Below are positions 15,131 through 29,071 of a DNA stretch of 64,000 bases, piece by piece. The DNA is from the human T2T-CHM13v2.0 reference genome, Homo sapiens, in the NCBI RefSeq assembly GCF_009914755.1, contig NC_060928.1; one strand, given 5' to 3'. The notes under the pieces are model-generated. The model saw only the letters and a list, made by a program, of their open reading frames with translations. It ran no database searches and was not told the DNA's origin. The translations under genes were made by a program, and so were the position numbers. Numbering within the stretch: position 1 is the first letter of the stretch; every line of letters starts with the position of its first letter.

Positions 15131-15466
15131 TAAATAATTATTTTTTTTAAAAAGCCCAACTACTTAATATTCCACAAGAGGAGACAACAATCCCAGCTGC
15201 TATACCGAAGAATGAAGCTGATGTCTGGGAAATTCTCGCGTCCACCAGGCGGGGGGGTCTTCCTGGGTCTCATCTGGCCTCACCTCTGCACCATCCCCAA
15301 TTGGTGAGTCCCAGTCACTCCCCGCAAGGGGGCCTCTAGGATGCCATGAGATGCAGCCGTGAGCAGGTGTGCATGGGAAGAAGGTTCGTGCTGGAGAAGT
15401 GCCTTTTCATGGGATCTGTGGCAGCAAAGTGCAGTGCCAATGACTCACGGCAAACACCCGCCAGGA

Positions 15467-15583
15467 GAGGTGCTCAGGAGAGCCACCCTAGAGGGCTGCT
15501 GGCACGAGGCGCTCAGGAGAGCCACCCTAGAGGGCTGCTGGCACGAGGCGCTCAGGAGAGCCACCCCAGAGGGCTGCTGGCAC
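15467..15583. repeat. 39-bp minisatellite, 3 copies
   Basis: GAGG(T/C)GCTCAGGAGAGCCACCC(T/C)AGAGGGCTGCTGGCAC at 15467, 15506, 15545. Confidence 0.97.
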
Positions 15584-18500
15584 TTGTCCCTGGGCTGTCA
15601 TGACATGGGCAGTGTTCATTTCGTTTCTCTAAATGTTTAGTCTTTTTCAAATTTTCTGTGGTGAGCATTGGTTATAGTTTGAATCTGGAGAAAGATGGTT
15701 GAGTGGACTCAGCATTGATTTGGAGAAAGTCATCTTATTTCTGAGTGGGGAACCTGAGCTGGGGACCCTCAGGGGGTCTTGAGGGAGCTGCCTGTCCTCA
15801 GCTGGCCCAGGTGTCCCACATGGAAAAGTCAGAACTTGGCTGGACGTCGGCAGTCTATGGTTCAGATGTGGGCAAGACCTGACTTATCCAGGGAGTTCAC
15901 AACCCCACCCCTCCCCTCCTTTTTGGGCAACTCAGAGAAGGAGCTTGATTTCTCTGAACCTCAGTGTCTTCATCTACGAAATCAGCATTGCATCCAGTTC
16001 ATGGGGAGAATCCACACCAATGCTAGGCAGGTTCCGCCATAAGCAGAAGGCACCGTGACGCAGTGAGACGCACCGCTGAGCTGAGGAGGAGCAGCAGGCC
16101 ACCCTCTAGAGGCCCTGGCTTAAATTCATTTTTCATTTAATTCAAGTTTACAATTGAGATCTGCTTGCCCATGGAGAGTTTATACATGGGCTTTTGAAAG
16201 TATCTGATCCCATAACACAAAAGGTCCTACACAGCTTATAGAGACACTGCAATAAGGCAGGATGTAATTAATAAGTGATGGAATTCAGGCAAAGAGAAAA
16301 CATGAAGGGAAAAATAAGAGAAAGTCGGAGGTAAGAACCAGGTAGAGGCCACAGCCCTACACAGGCATGTGGGCTTCAGACCAAAGGTGGAGAAAGGATC
16401 CTTGTATGAGTCCCAGAGTCCCCCATCTGCAGCTTCAGTTATGCACAGGAAAGATGGCATCCTCATTCTGGCCGAGTGCAACTGGTAAGACAGAGTGGGT
16501 GATGACCGAATGCATTAGGCAGATGTGGATGGGGGACCTTCCTAGGTGTCCTGTGCTGGGGATTCAGGGATGAGCAGTCTGTGGGGCCTGCGGGGGATCC
16601 ATGTTCCCTGTGCCGCTCACCTGTGCACTGTCCTCAACCTGACCACAGCCCACGTGGCAGGCATTGCCAGTGTCACCTTACTGGTAAGAAATCCGATCGG
16701 ATTCTCTGATCCTGCCCTGCTCAAGACTAAAATGTGAGTGGAGGAACGCGTGGATTTCAAAGCCTGTGATCCACCCAGCCTCTTTGCACAGAATTTCTTA
16801 CCAGTAAGCTCCTTGCGCCAGGCCCAGCCTGGAGCAGGCGGCCTTGAATACACGATGAGAACAGGCAGGAAGGTGGGAAGGATGGAGCTGCTGGTTACAG
16901 CCTCGCGTCGGGCTTAGCCCATGAGGCTGTCCCGAATGACTGACGGCAGAGAAGTTTGAACAGAAAGAGCAGTGGCCCCATCGGCCCAGAATCTGGGGTC
17001 AGGCGGTCTCCGGGCCAAGCCCATGATGCCAGAATTAATATGTAAGATAAACAGACCCCTGGAGGCGCTGATCGCATTCTCCAGGCCCAGGTCAGAGGTC
17101 TGCTCTTTAGGTGTGAGAAAAGGTTTAGGGAGTACCAGGGTCAAATATTTGCAGCCCAGACAGGCTGACAATGGGCTGGGTACTGGCCTCCCCCAGGCCA
17201 GCGGGGCTCCCTGGCTGTGCTTGGGGGAAGGGGAGCGGTCAGAGTGGACTCATTACTCGGAAAGCCCGAGAAAGTTGTCTGCAGCTGCTCTCGGCTGCCA
17301 GAGCACATCAGCATCAGCCTCTGCCCGGGGCCCCCGGGGCCCCGCTGCCCGCCTGCCCCACAGTTCCAGCCCCCCACCTGCCGCAGTTCCAGGGAGGGGA
17401 GGGCTGATCGCCGAGGGCTGGGGCCGTGGGGTGGAGGACTCAGTCCACGGCGCCTCACCCTGCACACGCGGCCCTCAGCTCCAGGACGAGGAGCTCACTG
17501 CTTCCCAGGGAACTTGGGAGAATCTGACCATCGGTGACAATGCTGAGGTTTTACCAACTTTCATCAGGCTTTCCTGAATGTGGCCAGAGTGTCAGGCCCC
17601 TGCTGTGACCGGGGAGCAGGCCCGGGTGGGGTGTCTCTCCCTGTTTTACGGTTGAGGGCCTTGGTCAAGCCCTGCAGCCTTGAGGTTCCGTTCCTCATCC
17701 AGGAAGCCTGCGAGGCACGCTGCAGGCAGGTCCACCGGCCCGCGCATCCCGGGAGGTGGAGGGAAGGGTCTGGCTTTGCTATTTGGTCAATGGCTCCAGC
17801 TGGGATTGCAAGGCCTCTTCTCTTAACCCTCGATTGGTATAAAAATCTCATCAGGCATTTCCTCTTCATGTCCTAGCCTTAGGTACAATAGCAGCTGCTG
17901 ATAATATTCACTGCTGCCGCCGGGCTTGGCTCAAACCACTCTTTGTACATTTCAGAGTCTCTTTCTCAAGAGAGCGAGACAGAAGCCACCCCTCCACCTG
18001 TGTGCCCACCGTTAAGTTGGGACTGATTTAAACTAGAAGTGAGCAAGACAAGGCAAGTGTTTGAAATCATACATTCATTCTGATATTTTTACAAGGAAAT
18101 GTACAACCAGGTCTCATGCCAATAAAACCCATGAGCTGGGGGACATCTGAGCCACAGTCATCACTAAACACTCTCCCCACTGTGGGAATGTCCTCCTTCC
18201 CCCAGATGTCCGTCTGTCCTTCCACTCCTGTGCTCATTCGTCAAACTCACCCGCTGAGCACTCAGAGTGGTCCCAGGGACCACCCTGGCAACTAAGGACA
18301 CAGTGACAACTAAGCTGGGGATTAGGGCAGTCACGGGCAGGAGAGGATGAAGAGCATCGTGGTGGACGGGGTCAAATGCAGTCACTGGACAGCAGGGGAG
18401 TGAGCTCCTCTGCCTCGGGTGGAGTGCAGCATTCAAGGAGGGCTTCTGGGAAGAGAAGGCACAGAGTGGACCTTGAAGGCACATTTGGAGCTCCCCAGGG

Positions 18501-18675
18501 CACTAGCAGGGGAGAGCATTAATGGACAAGGTGCCTGGGGGTACCTCGTTCCGCCTTCCCTGGATCTGCTCTTTCCTCGCAGGCCAGGAGAAAAAGGCAG
18601 AGGAAGGAGAGTGTCTTGAAGATGGACCCGGCTCAACTGGCCTGAGGGGTCTGGGCTGTATCCCTTTTTAAAAAT

Positions 18676-18977
18676 ATTTATTTTTTGAAACAGGGTCTTG
18701 CTCTGTTGCCCAGGCTGGAGTACAGTGGTGATCATAGCTCACTGCAGCCTCAAATTCCTGGGCTCAACTGATCCTCCTGTCTCAGCCTCCCAAGTAGCTT
18801 GGGACCACAGGTACATGCCACCACGCCTGGCTAGTTTTTTTTTTTTTTACTTTTCTATAGAGATGGAGGGTCTCAGTATGTTGCCCAGGCCGGTCTTGAA
18901 CTCCTGACCTCAAGCGATCCTTCTGCCTTGGCCTTTCAAAGTTCTGTGGTTACAGGCGTGAGCTGCCACACCTGGCT
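18676..18977 (-). mobile_element. Alu SINE (AluJ-like)
   Basis: CAGGGTCTTGCTCTGTTGCCCAGG, ATCATAGCTCACTGCAGCCTC. Confidence 0.92.
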
Positions 18978-20611
18978 GGCTTTATCTCTTCACCCAGAAA
19001 GGAGTGCTATGGAGGAGCAGACCTTTGAGATGCCCCACAGAACAAAGAGGGCCCCTTGGTCAAGTAAGTTTTCCGGGATTATCTTGGAGGTTCCCATGGT
19101 GGTAAAGCCTCTGAGAAGTCCTGCAGGAAGGAAACAAGCTCACTCTAATCCAGGGCCCCTCAATTTGTTTGACCATGAACGCCTTTTTGCACCTAGGGAA
19201 CCCCTGGTAGATGGACATAGTGGGGTGCATGGGCGCTGGTGACCAGCCTTGATGGTACAATCTGTGCATGGTTGTCACTCACAACAGCACCTGCGGCCAT
19301 CCAGCACCTCCAGCGCTCCTCCCCTACGAGAGGAGGCTGGGGCGGGAGCAGAGATGACGTCCACCCAGGCCTGCCCCGGTGAGGGTTTGAATGCTTCAGG
19401 GACACCTGCTTCTCTGAGCTTCTTGACCACTGGAGAGTTGGGAGAGGAGGGAGGGGACGGGAGGAGCTTGCAGGGAATGAGCCTGTGTGAGCCAGCCCTC
19501 AGGCTCAGCTAGGCCCGCTCAGGCCGGGGAGAAGCCCGTGGTCTAGCCCAGGGCAAGAGGCTGGTGGGGCCAGGGAGGAGAGTATTTTGTGGCCAGGACG
19601 TCCACTCTGATGCCCGTGCTGGGAGTCAGGACTGCAGTTCCCCTACCCTGACGGCCACCTTCTCACCCAGGCAGTCCGTCAGAGTCCTCTGCCTGGCCGG
19701 CCTTGAGGGCCTTGAGGGCCTTGAGGGACGAGCGTAGATTCCTCCTGGCCCCTGAGCAGAATGCCCCCTGCCCAACCCAGCTCTGGTGCGGCCAAAATAG
19801 GAAGCAGATCCTTCTGCATCCCTAGATCCAGCGATTCAAACCCAAGTGGGCCGTCCTCCGAGAAAGAGAGGGACAGAAACCCCAGCTCCCAGGAAGATGT
19901 GGGTAAGGATGCCTGATTCGCCCAGCGGGAAGGACAGGTGTTTGGGGTGGAAGCCCCAGGTCGGGGGTGGCCAGCATGGCCAGTGGCTTCCCAGGGGCTT
20001 GAGGGCTAGAACCTGGGGCACCAGCTTTGCACAGAGCCTGCGGGCCGGCAGCCAAAGCGGGCTGCTCCCAGCTTCTGCCAGCCTTGGTGTCCTCGTCGCG
20101 AAGGTGACCGTGGGCCTGGGTCCCCAGGCAGGGTTGACTGAGCACCTCCTCAGCTGGTCCTGGGATGAGAAGGCCAAAAGAGGAAAGCACCTCTACCCCA
20201 AGCCAGACCGCCTGGCTCAGGCAGTAGAGCTGTAGAGCAGGCTGGCTAACAGTCACAGCCGCCGAGCTGGCTGTCATGAGGATGAGTTCCTCTCCTGGAG
20301 GGACTTTGCCACCCCTGCTGCCTCCACCCCTTGGCCTGGCTCCCTTCTGCTCCCTCAGACCCGGCCCAGAACACCATGTCCCCACAGCAGAGCAAGATCT
20401 CAGCAGATGCACGAAGAGCTCCCGTCAAGGGGGAAGTGGAGGCTGGGCTTCCTTCATCTCAGGCTCGCTGCAGGATGCACCATGCGGAAGTCTCAGGTTA
20501 AGCTGGAATGAGGAGTGTGACCCCAGCTGGGAAGAGCCTGATGTCTGCCTGTGTCATCAACAAGCCCATGGCAGGCTCTGGTCATGGTTGCTGCTGGCCG
20601 GCCCACCCTGG

Positions 20612-20810
20612 CCCTCTCCCTCCTCCGATCCTTCCCTCCCTCCCTCCTGCCCTTCTCATCCCCTTACCACTCTCCCTCTACCTCTCTCTCTCCTCTCTCC
20701 TTCCCTCTCTCCTTTCCTCCCATCATTCCCCTCTCTTTCCCTCTATTTTTCCCTCTCTCACTCTCTCCCTCCCTCCCTCCTTCCTACCCACTTTTCTCTA
20801 TTCCTTCAAC
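20612..20810. repeat. Polypyrimidine (CT/CCCT) tract next to an L2 3' end
   Basis: About 200 bp almost all C/T, followed by TTCAACAAGTATTAACTGATCACC (reverse L2 tail). Confidence 0.85.
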
Positions 20811-21582
20811 AAGTATTAACTGATCACCACCGGGTGCCATCACTGTCCAAGACTTCAGCGACACAGCAGTGAACACCTGATGTGGAGACAGACCATGCTG
20901 TACCAGGTAAGGAAAGGCCGGGAGGAAGCCCACCACCGGAGTTGGGGCATCACAGAGGAGCGTCCTGTGGCCATGGGAACTCAGCACCCAGGCCCGCAGG
21001 TCGATGTTTCCATTTAAGGTTATGTGCAGGCAGCTGACCACAGGCGCTTGAGAGCGAGCCCGGTGCTTTTCTCATGCAACCAGGCAGGTGCCCAGGCTGG
21101 GGTGGGGCTCCCTCCTGCAGCAGGGGTGGAGTTTCTGCTCCCCGCCACCTCATTGCGGGATCATGTGGCCCTGTTCACGATGGTGTCTGTGCCTCCAGCC
21201 ACTGGGGTCCGGGCAGGTGGTGGGGGGTGTGACGGGGGAGAACTGTTGATTTCCTAAGAGCCATCATGACAAAGTACTCCAGCCTGGGGGGCTTAAACAG
21301 TGGAAGTGTGTCATCTCACGTTCTGGAGGCCGGAAGTCTGAAATCAGGGTGTGGGCGGGGCTGGCTTCTCCTGAGGCCCTGTGGGAGAATGGGTCCCATT
21401 CTCTCGCCAGTTCCTGGTGGCCGCAGCCCTGGGCGTTCCTTGGTTCGGGGAAGCGCCGCCCTGACCTCTGCCTTCATCTTCACCAGGCACTGTGCTTGTG
21501 CGTGTCTCTGTGTCTAAATTTTCCCTTTCTACAAGGGCACCATTCATGTTGGATTAGGGCCCAACCTGATGACCTCATTTTA

Positions 21583-22741
21583 TTAAGTTTAATTTTAAGT
21601 TCTGGGATACATGTGTGGGACGTGCAGTTTTGTTACATAGTTAGACATGTGCCATGGTGGTTTGGTGCCCCTATCAACCCATCACCTAGGCATTGAGCCC
21701 CGCATGCATTACCTATTTATCCTGGTGCCCTCCCTCACCACATCCCCCAACAGGCCCTGGTGTGTATTGTTCCCCTCCCTGTGTCCATGCGTTCTCATTG
21801 TTCAGCTCCCACTTATAAGTGAGAACGTATGGTGTTTGGTTTTCTGTTCTTGTGTTGGTTTGCTGAGGATAATGACTTCCAGCTTCATCCATGTCCCTGC
21901 AGAGGACACAATCTTGTTCCTTTTTGTGGCTGTATAGTATTCCATGGTGTACATGTACCACATTTTCTTTATCCAGTCTATCATTGATGGGCATTTGGGT
22001 GGATTCCATGTCTTTGCTATCGTGAATAGTGCTGCGATGAACATACACATGCATGTATCTTTGTAATAGAATGATTTATATTCCTTTGGGTAGTATATTA
22101 GTTCGTTTTCAAGGTGCTGATAAATACATGCCCAAGACTGGGAAGAAAAAGAGGTTTAATGAACTCACAGTTCCATGTGGCTGGGGAGGCCTCACAATCA
22201 TGGCGGAAGGTGAAAGCACTTCTTACAAGGCAAGCAGCAAGAGAGAGTGAGACAGAAGTGAGAGAGGAAACCCCTTATAAAACCGTCAGATCTCGTGAGA
22301 CTTATTCACTGTCACAAGAACAGTATGGGGGAAACCGCCCCCGTGACTCAATTATCTCCCGCTGGGTCCCTCCCACAAAACGTGGGAATTATGGGAGAAT
22401 AATTCAAGATGAGATTTGGGTGGGGACACAGCCAAACCATATCAGGTATATGCCCAGTCATGGGATTGCTGGATCAATCGGTGGTTCTAGGTCTTTGAGG
22501 AATCGCCACGCTATCTTCCACAGTGGTTGAACTAATTTACATTCCCACCAACAGTGTAAATGTTCCTATTCCCCCACAGCCTCACCAGCATCTGTTGTTT
22601 CTTGACTTTTTAATAATTGCCATTCTGACTGGCATGAGGTGGCATCTCACTGTGGTTCTGATTTGCATTCCCCTAATGATCAGTGATGGTGAACTTTTTT
22701 GCATGTTTGTTGGCTACGTGAGTGTCTTCTTTTGAGGAGTG
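21583..22741 (-). mobile_element. 5'-truncated primate L1 (L1PA-like) 3' end
   Basis: TTTTAAGTTCTGGGATACATGTG, CAGCTCCCACTTATAAGTGAGAAC, TTTACATTCCCACCAACAGTGT; 15-bp TSD GATGACCTCATTTTA. Confidence 0.92.
22094..22444 (-). mobile_element. THE1 solo LTR (THE1C-like)
   Basis: TATATTAGTTCGTTTTC...GGGGACACAGCCAAACCATATCA; 5-bp TSD GGTAG/GGTAT. Confidence 0.93.
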
Positions 22742-25700
22742 GATGACCTCATTTTAACTTCTCTGTAGAGGGGCTGCCTCCAAATAAGATCGCATTCTGG
22801 GATACTGGGGGTTAGGAATTTGGGGGGACGTAATTCTGTCCATAACAAGGAAGAAGAGAAAAAAGTCTGTCTAGATCACTAGGTCTTCCCCAAGTATCAG
22901 GAAAGGGAGGCGCTGCTGTGGCCCCACTCTACGTCCAGCGGGCAGGACCCTGCCGTGCTCCTCCCTAGCTGCAAGGTCTTGTGTGGGGGTGTGGAGTTTG
23001 TTTCCTCTCAGCTGAGCATGTTTCCACCCTGACCAGGATGGGGCTCCCATCGGGTTAAAGGAAGAGAGGATGATGGGCATGGCGTGCCCGAGGTTGGAGG
23101 GTCATGGTTCTTCGAGCTGACTTCCAGGGATGGGTGGGAAAGGTAGAGGAGACACCAGGCGAGTCGTCCTGGAGAAGCGGCAGAGAGATCACCGGCCTCT
23201 GCACAGGGAAGCAGGAGGAACCCTCGTCCCTGGGCCCTGCTGGTGCCGGCCCCCGTGGGCTCTCTGCCTCCATGAGCTCCCGATAACCTGGGCCAGAGGC
23301 TGGTGATACAGCAAATGCAGGGGAGATAACTTGCTCTTTTTTGTTTCAAGTGATAAATTCTTCAAGACCCTTATCCATGAGGACAGAGCGGGGTGCCTAG
23401 GCAGACTCCCTTCTTACCTGGGTCAGGGCAAGTCCGGGAAGGGACCAGGGCTGGATTTGCCCAGAATGCCCCTTCTGGGGCCCCGGGCTGGCAGAGCCCT
23501 AGGGACGGGTGAACCAATTGTAATAGGGCAGTGGCCTCTGCAGAGAAGTGACCGCACCCCAGCCCCTGCCCGACTCTGATCTGTCTCCTCACTTCCCCAG
23601 GACGGGCCTGCTGCTTGTGGAGTGTTAAATGAAGCCCGACCAAGACGATCGATGGAAGGACGCGCCCCTCCAGGTGGAGACTCCCTGAGCGAACCTGTCT
23701 TGTAATGAGTAATGAGCATTTATGGAGGAGAGATTGATGGGAGCTTGGGAAAGCTTTATCAATGCACCAGCGATCAGGACAGACTGGAGTCCAACAAGAA
23801 ATGGCAGCCAGCGCTGGGGCTGCCAGGAGTCCTGCAGGGGACACGGGGGTGGGAGCAGGGGACAGTGAGCTGAGAGGCAGAGCCTGCAGGTCAGGGCGGT
23901 GGAGCCAGCAGGCCTGGCCGAGGGGCCCAGGTGGATGGGGCCAGGGTTCCTGGCCTCCTCGCAGAACCAGATGTGTCTGCAGGGCCTGCCTCTCTCTCTA
24001 CATGAAGAAGTTGGTTCAGAAGTTCCCGGAGGTCTCCGCGAGGCTACGATTCTAAGGTGAGGACAAGTCCCTTCCGAAAGAGGCTGGGGTGTCTGCTGTG
24101 GAGATGTGTACATGTGTGGGGTCAGGGGAGGACAGGGGCCCTGCACGCATTACCATCTATATGTTGTCTTGGCCCAGGCTTTAAATTGAAACGCTCCAGA
24201 TTCAAATCCACCCCCGGCCTCAGACACCACTCCTGACACACAGGTAGAAATCACAGTGGGAATCTCGGGGCTCGAGGCTTTTTGGGGGAAGCCTGTGAGT
24301 TCCTCATGGAGCGGGGAGTCTTCCCTGCTGGGCCCTGTTCAGGCTCCAAAGGTGGCCTGGCCAGCTGCAGGGAGCCCCAGGCAGGAGCAGGGGCTGGGTG
24401 AGCCCGAGAGGAGGAAACTGAGGCACAGAGTCATGCGGTCTCCCCATGGCCCTGCCACGGTCGAGGCAGCACCCAGGTCTGTGGGATCTCAGAGTCTATG
24501 CTGTCTGCTGCACGTGCACGTCTCCTTCATTGCCAAAAATAACCTGCATTCAGGCTTGTGTGGGTGGCTCTCACCGAGGCAGCACCCTCCTTCCCCACAG
24601 CAGCTGGGCTTCCCGAGCTTGGGCACCCTACCTCCGCTGCAGCAGAAACCAGAGACCATAATCATCTTTACGCTGCGGTTTTCTACAGAAGGAGGCCTGG
24701 CCAGAGGGTCCCAGCTGGGAGGGGGTGAGGGAGAGGAGAAGAGAGCCTCAGGGCCCTCTCACCTTACCCCATGCTGAGGGGAGGTTTTCTGGCTAATTAT
24801 TGCTCCCCGAGGCCTCCTTAGCCACGTGGTCCCTGAAGGCATGTGTTCTGGGGGCTCTCTCTGCCTGGGAGTTCATTAGGGGGATGTTTGAAGGGGGAGG
24901 CTCATTCGACCCCAAGGCCCCCAGCCTTGCCACCCACAGTATGGACTGGAGAGAACGCAGGAGCACGGGGGAGGCCTGTGGCCCTGTCCCCAGGTTGTGT
25001 CTCGGCACTCATTCTCAAGGGCCATTCCAAATGACCACGGCAGTTGGCATAAGCCCCCTGATCTCCGGTGTCCCCCTTGCTCCCAGCCTAAAGCCTAACC
25101 TGCTGTTCAGGCACTGCTGGGGGGCACTGGCGGCTGCTTCTCCTCCTCAGCCTGAGGCTGCTCCCTACTCACTGACTTCAGCCTACACCACACAGCCGTC
25201 CCTGCTGGCCCTTGCTCTCCCAGGCCTCAGTCAGTGGAGACAGTGCAGGTACCGGGGCACCTCCTGCCCCTCTCCCTCCCTCCTTCCTCCAGCTCCTCGC
25301 CCCAGTGCGCCTCCTCTGAGTTGAGGCTGGAGGAGGCCAGCTTGAGGGCATAACAACCAGAACTCAGATCCCAGTTTCTCCATTTACCCACCGGCCCTGT
25401 TCATTCATTTATTCATGCATTCATGCAACAAATATTTACCCAGAGTCTGCTGCAGAACCAGACACTGCACACTTCCTTGTGCCTGGTGAACACACCCACC
25501 ATGGACCTGGCCTCTGGAGCAGGCTGTGGTCTGTTTGCCTAATTCTTCACCAATAGGACTCATTCCCCAAAAGTGGACATACAACTCACATACCACAAAA
25601 TTCACCCATTTAAAGTGTGTAATTCTGTGGCTCTTAGTATGCTCACAGAGGAATCCAACCATCACCACAATCAATTTTAGAACGTTTTAATCACCCCAAC

Positions 25701-26561
25701 AAGAAACACCATATAGTCATTCCCCGTTAGTCCTCCCTCAAGCCTCCTGGCAACCCTAATCTACTTTCTGACTCTATGAATTCGCCTATCCTGGGTGTTT
25801 CCTATGAGTGGAACCACATAATATGTGGTCACTTAGCACAAGGTTTTCAAGACGTATCCATCCTGTATCCTGTGTTCATGCTCCATTCCTTTTTGTGGTC
25901 AAAGAGTACTCCATTGTCTGGATAGGCCACATTCTGTGTATCTGTTCATCAGCAGATGGACAACTGGGCTGTGTCCACTCTTTGCCTATTGTAAACAGAG
26001 CTGCTTTGAAGATCTGTGTGCGCGTTTGTGTGTGGCTGTGGATTTACCGTTCTCTGGGGTAGATGCCTGGGAGTGAGACGGCTGAAGCAGGGTTTGATTT
26101 GCTGGAATTTTATAAGTCATGCTGATATCTGAAAGGACAATCCCCCACAATGTTGTTTTTCAGGAGTGTCTGGGTAATTCTTGAGTCTTTGCTTTCCCAT
26201 AAATGTTTTAGCATGAGATTATTAAGTTACACACACAGACACACACACACATATTGCTATAGTTGGAATTATATTGAGTCTATAGATTGGGTTTAGGAGT
26301 ACTGACATCCTTAAATTCATGGGTCCCTGTCTTCAGGAATATGGTCTATTTCTGCATTTATTTAGGTCTTCTAAAATTTCTGGCAGCAACATTTAATAGC
26401 TTTCTCCACAGAGCTCTTTCTGATCCTATTTTACATTTATTGCCAGGTGTTTGATATTTCTTGCTGCTATTATAAAAATTTGATTTTCTGTTTGTTGCTG
26501 GCTTTTAAAGTAATGCATTAAAAAATATTGATCTAGTATTTAGAAACCTTTCTAATCTCTT

Positions 26562-26873
<312 letters not shown>

Positions 26874-26981
26874 TTATTAATCCTAATAGTTTATAGATTA
26901 TTTCAGGTTTCTACAGAGAACAATCATGTCATATGAAAATAATGACAAATTAGATTCTTCTGCCCTAATCATTCATTGTCT

Positions 26982-27054
26982 TTTCCCTTCCCTTCCCTTC
27001 CCTTCCCTTCCCTTCCCTTCCCTTCCCTTCCCTTCCCTTCCCTTCCCTTCCCTT
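26982..27054. repeat. (TTCCC)n microsatellite
   Basis: About 14 perfect pentamers at the tail side of a reverse Alu. Confidence 0.97.
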
Positions 27055-27080
27055 CTCTTTCTCTCTTTCTCACTTGTTTG

Positions 27081-27663
<583 letters not shown>

Positions 27664-27729
27664 CTGTCTCCTTCATTTTTTTTCTTGTCTTGCCGAGCTG
27701 GCTGGGACCTCCAAGTCATGTAAACTTGA

Positions 27730-28122
<393 letters not shown>

Positions 28123-28150
28123 TAAATATTTAAATTCTCTTCTAGTCTTA

Positions 28151-28485
28151 TGATATGGTTTGGTTCTGTGTCCCCACCCCAATCTCATGTTGAATTGGAG
28201 GAGATTGGATCATGGGGCGGATTTCCCTCTAGGGAGTGAGTCTTCAGGAGATCTGATGCTTTAAAAGTATGTGGGACTTCCCCCTTCGCCCTCTCTCTCT
28301 TCTGCTTTGCCCTGGTAAGATGCGCCTGCTTCCCCCTCCCTTCCACCGTGATTGTAAGTTTCCTGATGCCTCCCAGCCATGTTTCCTGTTAAGCCTGCGG
28401 AACTGTGAGTCAATTAACCTCTTTTCTTCATAAGTTACCCAGTCTCAGGTAGTTCTTCATAGCAGTGTGAAAGCAGACTGCTACA
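28151..28485 (+). mobile_element. MaLR solo LTR (MSTA-like)
   Basis: TGATATGGTTTGGTTCTGTGTCCCCACC...GGAACTGTGAGTCAATTAA...TACA. Confidence 0.88.
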
Positions 28486-28779
28486 CCTTCGTTTGCTAAG
28501 TTGTTTTTTAAATGTTGAAAGAATACTTGCAATGTTTGTGCACACTACTTTATTGTTTCACAGTAACCCATGAAATGGGTGCAATTATCCTCACTTTATA
28601 GAAGAGGCATAGAGAGGTCACACCCCAGGGGTGGCAGAGCCTGGGGTATTAACCACTGCACTGTGCTGTCTCTCTACAGCAGGAATAAAACAAACACAAA
28701 AGTAGCAGAAATGGCAACAAAATTCAAAATCTAGATCTCTGAAAATATTAATTAAAGAAAGAAGCTTTCACCAAGGCTT

Positions 28780-29071
28780 CTTTTGTTTTGAGATAGAGTC
28801 TCACTCTTGTCACCCAGGCTGGAGTGCAGTGGCGCGATCTCAGTTCACTGCAACCTCCACCTCCCGGTTCAAGCGATTCTCCTGCCTCAGCCTCCTGAGT
28901 AGCTGGGATTACAGATGCCCACCACTACGCCCAGCTAATTTTTGTATTTTTAGTAGAGACGGGGTTTCACCATGTTGGTCAGGCTGGTCTCGAACTCCTG
29001 ACCTCAGGTGATACGCCTGCCTTGGCCTCCCAAAGTGCTGGGATTACAGACGTGAGCCACCAAGCCCGGCC
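28780..29071 (-). mobile_element. Alu SINE (AluSq/Sx-like)
   Basis: Full dimer; TSD TCACCAAGGCTT at 28768 and 29072. Confidence 0.95.

Larger units (their letters stand above)
21243..22847 (-). mobile_element. MLT1C-like LTR split by an L1 insertion (halves about 21243-21582 and 22742-22847)
   Basis: GGCTTAAACAG...GGATTAGGGCCCAACCTGATGACCTCATTTTA resumes at 22742 with CCAAATAAGATCGCATTCTG..CCATAACA. Confidence 0.85.

Noticed and set aside
15346-15640. ORFs with a 13-aa repeat (RGAQESHPRGLLA)
   Set aside because: A consequence of the 39-bp unit being a multiple of three; no other coding evidence.
21713-22054. L1 ORF2-like peptides
   Set aside because: C-terminal fragment of a truncated, interrupted L1; not functional.
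22177-22189. PRDM9 hotspot motif in THE1
   Set aside because: Reads CCTCCCCAGCCAC, lacking the T required by CCNCCNTNNCCNC.
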